Origin: a plasmid
DNA length: 64,000 bases
Sequence record: CP099787.1
Direction: 5' to 3' (one strand)
A program made the translations under genes and the position numbers. How positions within the stretch are numbered: position 1 is the stretch's first letter; each line of letters begins with the position of its first letter. The notes beneath the pieces were generated by a model. The model did no database searches and had not been told where the DNA came from. It worked only from the letters and a program-made list of their open reading frames with translations. This document shows, one piece after another, positions 51,978-61,200 of this stretch.

Positions 51978-52604
51978 TTAGAATCGAATTATTTGGAAAT
52001 TTGAAGTTTTCTTAATTGTTTGATTCACTGAAGAATAATTTGGAATATCTTCGTTATAATTAACTGACTGAGCTTTTATACTTTGAGGTTGTAATGGGGT
52101 ATAAACTGCTGGTAAGCCCGCTTTTCTTTTATAGCCTTCAAAGTATCTTCGAACATCGGCAGAATATTGATTCATTGCCGTATATGCTTTAGAAGCAGGT
52201 CCTCCGTAGTAACACCCTACTGCTCTCCAGACTTCACCAAATTTTTTTAAACAATCAGCAAGAACCCATGAAGCAATTTTTTGAGAAGTACAAGGATCGA
52301 ATAAATCATTACGAGTAATTCCTTGTTTTCTTAAAGCTGGTAAATGAATGGTATTTATCTGCATTAGTCCTAATGCTCTATTGCCATCTTTAAGTAAAGA
52401 ACCAACTGCACCAACATGGCCTCTACTCTCTTTCCATCCAATTGCTTTTAATAAAATAGGATCCGTACCATACATACTTGCGGCTTCATCCCAACAAACA
52501 GCATATGTTGTTGATGTAACACAAGCTCCAAATACGATTGCTGAAAGTTTTATAATTGAGTTATGTATGTTGTAAGTTTTAGCTCTTTGCATAGCTTCAA
52601 TCAT
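51978..52604 (-). CDS. VirB1/Orf169-like lytic transglycosylase; first gene of the tra operon
   Basis: LGLMQIN SLT motif. Confidence 0.7.
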   Translation of the reverse strand: MIEAMQRAKTYNIHNSIIKLSAIVFGACVTSTTYAVCWDEAASMYGTDPILLKAIGWKESRGHVGAVGSLLKDGNRALGLMQINTIHLPALRKQGITRNDLFDPCTSQKIASWVLADCLKKFGEVWRAVGCYYGGPASKAYTAMNQYSADVRRYFEGYKRKAGLPAVYTPLQPQSIKAQSVNYNEDIPNYSSVNQTIKKTSNFQIIRF

Positions 52605-52617
52605 GTACGAATTAATA

Positions 52618-52662
52618 TGTTATTATCATACTAAAAAATTACATCAAAGTGCTGCAATTTTT
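52618..52662 (-). promoter_or_regulatory. tra operon promoter with the TTGCAGCACTTTGAT box and TAGTATGAT -10; copy 3 of 3
   Basis: Motif shared with both rep-flanking sites. Confidence 0.5.
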
Positions 52663-52834
52663 TAAAAATAAAACTGCTTGTTTTTATCTATAAATTTCAG
52701 TATGTTATAGATTTCATTAATATATTTTTACATTATTTGTTACAATAGGCATACACTTGCTGAGGTTAAATAAGCGATATTTAACACTCCCCAAGCCATA
52801 ATGTTGTTTTTTTGTTTATACAAGCTTAAGAAAA

Positions 52835-53170
52835 ATGGCAAAAAAAGGCATAAATTCTTTAAATCTCATTAATAGTTATGAGTCAAAAATTATGAATGTT
52901 AAGTTATCAACTGTTGAAGCAGCTCTCAATACTCCGTTAAAACCATTAGAATTAAATTCCGAAGTAAAATGTCCTAAATGTAAAAGTCGGAATCTCATAT
53001 GCAGCGTTAGATACCAAACAGCAGATGTAATTCATTTTGAAAATGGATGTTTTCAATTAAAGGAATCAGAAGCATCAAAGATTTTCAAAAAAATTGATCT
53101 GGAATGTAAAGACTGTGGCAATAAATTTGAAAATGAAAAAGTTAAGACACCCAATGAAGTGTTGTTCTAA
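52835..53170 (+). CDS. zinc-ribbon protein (CPKC...CKDC)
   Basis: Two CxxC pairs. Confidence 0.4.
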   Translation: MAKKGINSLNLINSYESKIMNVKLSTVEAALNTPLKPLELNSEVKCPKCKSRNLICSVRYQTADVIHFENGCFQLKESEASKIFKKIDLECKDCGNKFENEKVKTPNEVLF

Positions 53171-53195
53171 ACAATAAGAATAGAAGGAGTGCAAG

Positions 53196-53627
53196 ATGCA
53201 AAGTATTGTCAAACATATATTTAGACACTATCTGGTAGCTTTATTAAGTTTAGGAATATTTATTCTGAGTTACTTTGTTGGGATGGTATTTGGTAAATTG
53301 CTATTTAAAAACATGAATGCCGTAGAGATCGGATCTATTTTTACAGCCCTTGCCGTTAATTTTTACCTCTCCCTCCTACTGTGTACCTTCACTTTTGTTG
53401 GGCAATTTTTTTTCAATTCATTAAAAAAAATTGCAGACACCCCTTTCCAAAATCTCTTAATTCTTTTAACTGGTAGTTTTTGGATGGTTGCTACACGAAC
53501 TCCTGAAGTGATTACGAACAATATTCCCTTATATAATTTTAATATTAGCCTAATAACTTTATTTGCATTTATGTTGTTCATTAGCAATTCAAAATTTATA
53601 AAAGCTTTTATTTCTAAACAAGAATGA
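53196..53627 (+). CDS. membrane protein
   Basis: 4 TM helices. Confidence 0.4.
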   Translation: MQSIVKHIFRHYLVALLSLGIFILSYFVGMVFGKLLFKNMNAVEIGSIFTALAVNFYLSLLLCTFTFVGQFFFNSLKKIADTPFQNLLILLTGSFWMVATRTPEVITNNIPLYNFNISLITLFAFMLFISNSKFIKAFISKQE

Positions 53628-53640
53628 AAAAGTCTCAAAC

Positions 53641-53670
53641 AATTGTTGTTGCGGATCCGCAACAACAATT
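53641..53670. repeat. 30-bp perfect palindrome AATTGTTGTTGCGGATCCGCAACAACAATT between convergent genes
   Basis: Seen in sequence. Confidence 0.9.
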
Positions 53671-54307
53671 ACTTTAAAGCTTGAGATGAATTTGATTCGC
53701 TATATCTCTTCCAAACTAGCTTAACTAAAGAAACACTACAATTTGCTATTAATGCCGTTTTTGAAATACTAATATTCTGCTTTCTTAACTCTACAATTTT
53801 ATCGTGAAGTTTTTTGTCAGCTTTTCTACCATTGTAAAGACCTTTATTTTTTCGAAGTTCAATTCCCTCTTCCCTTCTTTTTTTAATTAACAAATAATCT
53901 TCATGTGCCATTTGCAATGCAATTTTTAGCAACATGTCTTGTACTTGATCTAATACAATTTTAGAAATTCCACTAGCATCTTTTGAAAATTCAGATAAAT
54001 CAATTACACCGGGTATTGAAAGTTTTGCACCTTTTTCTTTAATTGCAACAATTAACTTCTCGGCTTCAGGTAATGGTAATCTACTAATACGGTCAATTCG
54101 CTCTGCAATAACTACTTCACCGGCTTGAAGGTCATGTATCATCCTATTAAGTTCTGGACGATCAGGTGTAATACCTGAAGCTTTTTCCCTATAGACTGCT
54201 GCAATATAATAACCAGCATTTCGCGCATCATTTATCACCTTCTCTTGTCGCTCAAGATCTTGTTTCTCTGTACTGACACGCATGTAAATACGAGCTACGT
54301 TATTCAA
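53669..54307 (-). CDS. serine recombinase (resolvase/invertase family)
   Basis: N-terminal YMRVSTEKQ catalytic Ser; C-terminal HTH. Confidence 0.8.
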   Translation of the reverse strand: MNNVARIYMRVSTEKQDLERQEKVINDARNAGYYIAAVYREKASGITPDRPELNRMIHDLQAGEVVIAERIDRISRLPLPEAEKLIVAIKEKGAKLSIPGVIDLSEFSKDASGISKIVLDQVQDMLLKIALQMAHEDYLLIKKRREEGIELRKNKGLYNGRKADKKLHDKIVELRKQNISISKTALIANCSVSLVKLVWKRYSESNSSQALK

Positions 54308-54563
54308 CAGATCAGACTCCTACATTTATAAACAAATATCATGGGTAACTATAATTGCCATATTTACTATCAATATGGCTTTTTTGGGTATAGTTAAAAA
54401 GACCTCAGAATTATATATGGTTAAAATAGAATTTTGAGCATCTAAAATGGCCTAGCCAACCTTGCTGAGTTATATTGACCAAATATACATATTAAATTAT
54501 ATTGATTCAATATAACATCATAAAACTTTATGAATGAGCTGAAAAGCTTATGGAGTACAAAAA

Positions 54564-55223
54564 ATGATCCATGAAAATATCTACATGCATGATGTAATCG
54601 ATATATTCGATGTTTATCAAAAAGACGATCTGCTTAAGAAATCCAAACTAGGACTCATGAAAAAATGGGATACTTTCTCAATTATAGCCATATTTTTATC
54701 CATAATTGCTTTAATCGGTGGTTCCCTATGGTTAGTTGGTTTAGTTAGTCATGAAAAATCTAATAATGTTGATACTGCATTTATGATAGCAATTAGCGGA
54801 CTTGTATCGATCATTATTAATTACTATTTAAATAAAAAAATAACAGAAATAATTTTAAGAAAAGTTTTTTATTCTTCAAAAGAAAAAGAATTTAAATTAT
54901 CTAGACCAATGTATATTAACTTAGTATTACTTTCAGATTATGAGCGATGTTCAGCTCTCATTGAAAAGGAAATCAATGAAGATATGTATAAAAAGGTATT
55001 GTATCTGAAAGATAATTATAATCTCCCTTTAAAAAAACCAATCGAAAAGATCATGAAAGAAAGAGGGTATATATCCTATTTTGACTATGAATTTTTATTC
55101 ATAGAACATTTTTATAAAAGATTCAAAGATATGGAATTTGAGACGATACAGGAATCAAAGATCTTAGAAGCAAGAGAACGTATCGGTGAAGCTAACAATA
55201 TCACTAATGATAAAAAGGAGTAA
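54564..55223 (+). CDS. membrane-anchored hypothetical protein
   Basis: UTR hairpin GAGCUGAAAAGCUUAUGGAG upstream. Confidence 0.45.
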   Translation: MIHENIYMHDVIDIFDVYQKDDLLKKSKLGLMKKWDTFSIIAIFLSIIALIGGSLWLVGLVSHEKSNNVDTAFMIAISGLVSIIINYYLNKKITEIILRKVFYSSKEKEFKLSRPMYINLVLLSDYERCSALIEKEINEDMYKKVLYLKDNYNLPLKKPIEKIMKERGYISYFDYEFLFIEHFYKRFKDMEFETIQESKILEARERIGEANNITNDKKE

Positions 55224-55365
55224 CAGATTAAAAATGGTTCAAGAGATGTTATTGAATCAAATAAATAATACAATTCGGTATTATTACATTTACTTTTTCT
55301 TGAATTTTGTAGATACTTAACCTAGATTTTTAAAGAATGAGCTCAATAGCTTAAGGAGATATACT

Positions 55366-55563
55366 ATGGGGTTTAAATTTAGTTTAATTACGCTAATTAT
55401 TACAGCATTAGGTGTACTATTTATTTTGGTAGGTTTGTATTGGTACAAATCTAAAAAGTATCAAAATGATTTATGGGTTCAAAATGTAGGCCATATGACT
55501 TTAATTATCGGTCTATTTCTGAGTATAAATGGCATTGGTTTTTCAATTAAATTTAATCAGTAA
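55366..55563 (+). CDS. small membrane protein
   Basis: SD AAGGAG. Confidence 0.4.
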   Translation: MGFKFSLITLIITALGVLFILVGLYWYKSKKYQNDLWVQNVGHMTLIIGLFLSINGIGFSIKFNQ

Positions 55564-55776
55564 GAGAGGGTTAATAAATTGGTCCATTATTCTATTTAAC
55601 AGGAATTTCAATTTTAATGGGCTGGCATATATTATTTATCCATAGATTTAATAATCATGTGACACCATGTCTTGCAGCGGTGTTAGCATTATCATTTATG
55701 TTAATTCAATCCAATTTTCCGCCTTCAATATTACAAATTAATTAACCAATACCAAAATTTTAGAGCTGAAAAGCTT

Positions 55777-56238
55777 ATGGAGTTAAACATGGAATTATTG
55801 CAACCACTAGACTTAATTAACAATTGTCTTATTACGCTTCCTAATACAGACACTTCATTTTTGAATCCAACATCTATTAATGTAGCAATGAATTGTGCTA
55901 GTTATATGATATTGTCGATAGTCATTAGTTTGATAGCACTAAAATTGCTAACTTTTAAATTTGTAAACTTAAATATTAATATAATTGCCTTATCTCTTTT
56001 TATAGGAACTACTATAGGCTTTTTATCATTTCCATATCATTTGAATAATGCTATGAAACCATATCAACAGGCTTTAGATATTGCTTTACCAACAGTTAGA
56101 ACTGTAAATGATCCAATCCTGAATTCTGTATTTGTAAAAGGAAGTTATACACTATCAGAATATGGATCACTCGCAAAAAAATACAACGAAAGATCAGAAG
56201 TAATTAAATCATTTGCCATTAAAAACTCTTGTAAATAA
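55777..56238 (+). CDS. membrane protein; start likely about 55789
   Basis: UTR hairpin. Confidence 0.4.
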   Translation: MELNMELLQPLDLINNCLITLPNTDTSFLNPTSINVAMNCASYMILSIVISLIALKLLTFKFVNLNINIIALSLFIGTTIGFLSFPYHLNNAMKPYQQALDIALPTVRTVNDPILNSVFVKGSYTLSEYGSLAKKYNERSEVIKSFAIKNSCK

Positions 56239-56252
56239 AGAAGGTTATTACA

Positions 56253-56531
56253 ATGGATAGTTTTACACTTACTCTATATCTTTCAAGTTTTTTATTGTTG
56301 CAATCACTGAGTTTTCTTTTTAAGGATGACTTTGAAGAATTTGATACTTCTTTAATTGGTTTAAGTTTAATGTGTGGAATAGGAATTAAAGCTTCATTAG
56401 TTTTTTTTACAACCACACTTTCTATTAATAAAATAGCAAGTATCATATTTTTAATTCTATTTACAATTTTTTCTTTAATCCATATCCTCATTAATTTTTA
56501 CAATTCTGTTGTAAAAAGAAAATACGGATAG
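56253..56531 (+). CDS. small membrane protein
   Basis: TM helices. Confidence 0.35.
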   Translation: MDSFTLTLYLSSFLLLQSLSFLFKDDFEEFDTSLIGLSLMCGIGIKASLVFFTTTLSINKIASIIFLILFTIFSLIHILINFYNSVVKRKYG

Positions 56532-56559
56532 TTTCAACATACGAGCTGAAGAGCTTAAG

Positions 56560-56742
56560 GTGAATTATATGCATCTTAGATTTAATGAACTTACAACTGT
56601 TTTATGTATTGCCTCCAATGCGATTATAATTCTTGGAATCCTTATCATAAGAAAAGGACGACATATTGGTATTGGTCAAGCATTTATTTTCACTGGACTT
56701 ATCCTTAATACAAATTGCTTTGTTTTTGCTTTAAAGCCCTAA
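56560..56742 (+). CDS. small membrane protein; start likely about 56569
   Basis: UTR hairpin GAGCUGAAGAGCUUAAGGUG. Confidence 0.35.
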   Translation: MNYMHLRFNELTTVLCIASNAIIILGILIIRKGRHIGIGQAFIFTGLILNTNCFVFALKP

Positions 56743-57341
56743 ATTCTATTTCTCTATTTAACAAGGATTTATCTATGAACACTAAACTTGATTCGACCTC
56801 TAAAGTTTTTTTAACTTTATTTGGAGCAGTACAACCTTTTATTTTAAATTTGGTTTTTATTTTCTTTGCTGTTTTAGCTTATTATATAAATTTTATCCCC
56901 AAGCCAGAAGTTTTAATCTTTTTCTTATGCTACCTTAACGCTCAGTCTTTTGGAAAAAGTTTTTATCTTTTTGGTTTATTAAAATATTCCAAAGGTCTTA
57001 ATCAGTTTCCTTTTAAAGAGCTAGGGGTAATCATTATAAATCTTATTTTTATATTTCTTATCCTATTTTTTTCTTATTCCTTCTCTAATTTAAGTTTTTC
57101 TTCTGAAAATACTAAAAGTGCTTTTGGTACTTTTTGTTTAGTTTTAATGATTGATTTCATTCTAACTCCTTACACTTTTAAGTATTTCAGAGAGTATTCT
57201 TTTATTAGTATTACCGATAGTTCTGCTGATAATGCAATTGTTGTTGATGACAAAAAGAAAGGGATTTTCAATTTTGTCTTCAGTATCGCTTCATTAACTT
57301 TAGGTATGCTCGTTCTCAATTTTGTTAAGGGATTATTCTAA
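56715..57341 (+). CDS. polytopic membrane protein; start likely about 56775
   Basis: SD AAGGA. Confidence 0.4.
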   Translation: MLCFCFKALNSISLFNKDLSMNTKLDSTSKVFLTLFGAVQPFILNLVFIFFAVLAYYINFIPKPEVLIFFLCYLNAQSFGKSFYLFGLLKYSKGLNQFPFKELGVIIINLIFIFLILFFSYSFSNLSFSSENTKSAFGTFCLVLMIDFILTPYTFKYFREYSFISITDSSADNAIVVDDKKKGIFNFVFSIASLTLGMLVLNFVKGLF

Positions 57342-57357
57342 TTTTCCTTTCAAATAA

Positions 57358-57705
57358 TTGATTGCTTGGAGATTTAATATGCCTAATTTTATTTTTAACC
57401 CTGAAACTTTTGTGACACCAGGCCACGGCTCTGATCCCGGTGAGTGGAATGATGATGATCGAAAGGACATTACAACTCTTAGATATCTTTATCCTGAGAT
57501 AGCACATTGGGGCGATTTAGCTATAGGTTCTGCATTTGGCTCTTATTCTTTCGATATTCTTGAAGTTCAATGGGCTGAATGGATGATTAAGCGCGATGAT
57601 AGCTTTCTTAATTATTGTTGCTGGCGTCAATTGTATGGTGAGTGGCAATTCCATTTAGATATTGACAAAGTAGACCAAGAAGCCTCGCATTTATGGAAAA
57701 TTTAA
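57358..57705 (+). CDS. hypothetical protein
   Basis: ORF track. Confidence 0.35.
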   Translation: MIAWRFNMPNFIFNPETFVTPGHGSDPGEWNDDDRKDITTLRYLYPEIAHWGDLAIGSAFGSYSFDILEVQWAEWMIKRDDSFLNYCCWRQLYGEWQFHLDIDKVDQEASHLWKI

Positions 57706-57736
57706 TTTTTCTTTATGTAAGCTTTCCGAAATAAAT

Positions 57737-57760
57737 AAAAAGCCCTTATGGGCTTTTTTT
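57737..57760. terminator. Bidirectional terminator AAAAGCCCTTATGGGCTTTTTTT
   Basis: Seen in sequence. Confidence 0.65.
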
Positions 57761-58184
57761 AAAGTTCAATATTCTCTATTTCATCAATGCTTTGTTTAAG
57801 CTCTGGCAATGTTTCAAAATCACCATTCTTTAAGAAGTAATAGACCGCAGCATTAGTAAAACTCGATAGTGTTTCACCCTTTTTCTGTACTGCTGTTTCC
57901 CGGATTCTTTTAGCTATTTCTACTTCAATTCTTATTACAGTTCTTGAGCCTTTAATCATCTTATAAGCTGGTTGTAATTTTCTAACTTCAGCAGTAATTT
58001 TCTCATTATTTACTGTATCCTCTAAGATCTTTCCAAGCACGTAATTAAAGGGTAATTTTTTCAACTTTTGATAGTTACCTAATATCATTTTCAAAGTTGG
58101 GCTTAGTAGGACCTGAAATGGTTCTCTTTCATCATACACACGTTTTGAAACATTGTGCATTACTGCATTACTCGTTACCACCAT
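57759..58184 (-). CDS. hypothetical protein downstream of the relaxase
   Basis: ORF track. Confidence 0.35.
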   Translation of the reverse strand: MVVTSNAVMHNVSKRVYDEREPFQVLLSPTLKMILGNYQKLKKLPFNYVLGKILEDTVNNEKITAEVRKLQPAYKMIKGSRTVIRIEVEIAKRIRETAVQKKGETLSSFTNAAVYYFLKNGDFETLPELKQSIDEIENIEL

Positions 58185-58274
58185 TATCCCCTTTACCTTT
58201 ACCGATAACTACATTAGGCTTAATTTAATATAGCATTTATAAACCATATACCACAATTTCATAATACTCTGTTC

Positions 58275-61200
58275 CTATCTTTCTAGCTCATTAGTTACAC
58301 CAATTTTTTCATTTTCGATGATATGTTCTGGTACTTTTTGACCAACTTCTTTAACTGTATCCAAATAACTTGTTTTATCTTGTTTAAACGTAATTGCTTC
58401 TCGTGTCATTTGTTTATTATCAGTGTAAATCTGCAAATTATGCTCTTCCCTCGTTACAGCAACATAAAATGATCTTGTTCCAAATGTATTACCTAAAACT
58501 TTGGTGGCAGCCTTATCACTTTTCAGATCATTTGCTAATTTTTGGCTATTTAGTAACAAAAATACATTACCCTGTGTTAAGCCCTGAGAGGAATAAACAG
58601 TACTACTATAGCCGTAATCAAAATGTTTAAACCCACTTCTTGATAGGCTTTTCTCTTTCCCATCCTGGCCTTCTACTATTACTTTATCTTCATGAATATC
58701 CTTGATTTTATATCTTTCACCATTCTTGATCTGTTCATCATCTTTTGTCCGGGTAATTCTTATTACATCTCCCTTAGCTATCTTTCTTTGTTCTGATTTA
58801 TATACTTCTACACTTCCTTTTTTAGGGTTCCATTTAATTTTATTTTTATCCTTATCAATTAATACCAATTTACCTTCTTTGTCTTTCATCATTACTTTTA
58901 GATAGTCACCTTTTTCAATTTTGATTCCTGTGTCTTTATCTGTAAATGATTTCCCAAAACGTATCGTCATATTAGGCTCATAATTATTAATATGTTTACG
59001 CTCCGCTTCAGTGAAATTGGTATTTACTAAGATCTCAAAATTATGATCATTATGATCTAATTCATTTAGTTTTTTCATTTCGCTTCTTACAAGTGAGTTC
59101 AGCATTACTCTATCTGAGTTAAAGGGAGTAATGATAAGGCTATTATCTCTTGATTCCTTATTAAGCCTCATATAATCACCAACTAATTTTTGATGTACTT
59201 CATGAATTTCCTGAAATAAGTCATGCTGCTCATGTAGAGCTGGTTGTGTACCCTTTGCAGCTACAACTACTTCATGAATCCTTTGCTGTTTATCAAGTAA
59301 ATCAAAAGCTTTATCGTTGTTACTTAAATCAATTTTACCTTCTTTGTTTTTTGCAACGACAACAGAAACCACGTCTTTAAGTTCCTGGTTTTTTTGACGG
59401 ATAATGTCATGCATTTGTGAAGTTTTTAGCACACCTCTATTTTGTACAAGTTCAAAATGGTTTTCCTGCACTAATTGACTGAAGCTGCAATTTATCCCCT
59501 AAAAAAACAACACGACTATTAGCTTGCTTAGCCAAAGTCAAAATGTCTTTGAAGTTTGTCTGGCTTACAAATGAAGATTCATCAACTATCCAGATTTCAT
59601 TTTTACGGTTTACTCCCCCATTCTTTTCAATTTCTTTCTGAAGCTCATTTTCTTTAATCTGAAACATGGCCATTGTTTTTGAGGGTATACCAGTTTCCAA
59701 TTCTAAGTTTTTAGCAGCTACGCCAGTGGCGGCCATACCTTTAACAATAAAACCGTTTTCTGAGGCTACTTTATTCAAAGTATGCAGCATTGTAGTTTTA
59801 CCCGTACCAGCTAAACCGTCTACGCCTATATATCTACTTTCAGAACTAAATATTGTTTCAAGACTTGCTCTTTGTCCGGGTGTAAACTTCCTCCCTCTCA
59901 ACTGTTCCTCTTGATCGAGTCTTGTTTTAACTTGAGATTCATCCACTATTGGACTCACGCTTTTTTGTTCATTTTGTATATGTTGTAACGACCAAACTTC
60001 GCTATGTGCCAAACGCTGAGTTGTTAACTTCCCATCTACCCGGACGATGATTTTTTCTTTTTCTAGTCTATTTAACTCAGCTCGTACTTGTTCATGAGTT
60101 ACTTCTTGTATGTCAAATTTCATAGCCGTATTTAGTATCTTTGTTTCAGGTATCATCATTTCTCTTTCGGTGTGATGCCCTATAGCGTAGTAAACGGCTT
60201 CTTTTGTTTTTTGGCTTATGAGTACTTGTTGAGATTCACGATTCTTTCTTTGATAAGGTCGTTCTCTAGGTACAGTCTGGTCTTTTGAATTGTTACTCGC
60301 TTTAGGTTCAGTTTGTTTCTTACCCAATCTAACTTCATCTTGAATATGCGCTTCTTGGCCCATATTTTGCGTTTCTGGCTCTTTTTGGGATTTTCCTGAT
60401 ACTTGACTAGCTTTTTCATTTGATATGGCGCTATCGCTCGGATTTTGCGTTTCAGAGTTGTCAATTCGTTTATCTGGTGCTTCTTTATCAGCGTTATTAG
60501 ATTTATCGCTAGAAACTTCCGTTTTCCCTTCAAATGATATATTCGGATCATTTTTTGAGGATCCGGTTTTCCATATGTCTTTTTGGTTTTTTTCTGAAGG
60601 TTGCGGATCCGCATTCATCTGATTCGTTTTAATTTTATCTTCTAGCTTATCTACAAAACTTTGTGTAATGCCAAGTTCACTTGCACGTTCCTTCCAAACT
60701 TGACGTAATTCAGCCTCATTAAATGCCTGTTTCCTTTCCCGTGTTTTTAAAGCTGCTTGTTCTCTCAAACTAGCAGGTGCATCTTCAATATCAATTCCTC
60801 TACTTTTTAAACTTTCAATAATCTGAGTTCTTCGCTGAGAAAACTCTTGTATCATTTCTGGAGTAAAGCCGGCAATTTCAAAATTGCCCTGATTATCTTT
60901 TACCTCTACATCAAGACCTATAGCTCTTAAATTTTGAGCGAGATTAGAATTATATATCGAACCTATGGTTGCCTGATTATCATAAATTACTTCGTTACTT
61001 AATGCCGTCCATGAATCTTTATCATTTAAAGTCATGTTCATAACAACTGCATGTGTATGAGTTTGCGGATCCAATGCTCTACTAGTATTGTGATTAAAAA
61101 GAGCAACAACTAAATTATCACTCTCTGATTTTTGAATTGTGCCATCAACACTGATTCTAGTTTGCGTGTAATGATCTTCAATAGCGGAAATAGTATCTTT

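Noticed and set aside
300-56742. N-terminal extensions of many ORF-track calls (e.g. MKSDRLVSIDELKSLWS-, MNYLTSRRAYGEV-, MLKEPK-, MLKEFK-)
   Set aside because: The extensions are in-frame read-through of the stop-free conserved UTR hairpin/SD element. The real starts are the first ATG after AAGGAG.
6231-60614. The palindrome as merely a BamHI-site artefact or cloning scar
   Set aside because: There are 8 full or near-full copies with extended perfect flanks at distinct native contexts (promoters, intergenic, in-frame coding). That is inconsistent with a vector junction.
5217-60622. Numerous 60-110 aa ORFs antisense to long genes (e.g. 5217, 5588, 8127, 8567, 10982, 12265, 14304, 17165, 17430, 21442, 27121, 28441, 28990, 29494, 29942, 30189, 30626, 32605, 33014, 33559, 33748, 33815, 35323, 38882, 41987, 42690, 43228, 44130, 44828, 47327, 48053, 49178, 49861, 52348, 53363, 56219, 57325, 58394, 58702, 59666, 60216, 60425)
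   Set aside because: Shadow ORFs on the strand opposite well-supported genes in AT-rich DNA. No RBS, no motifs.
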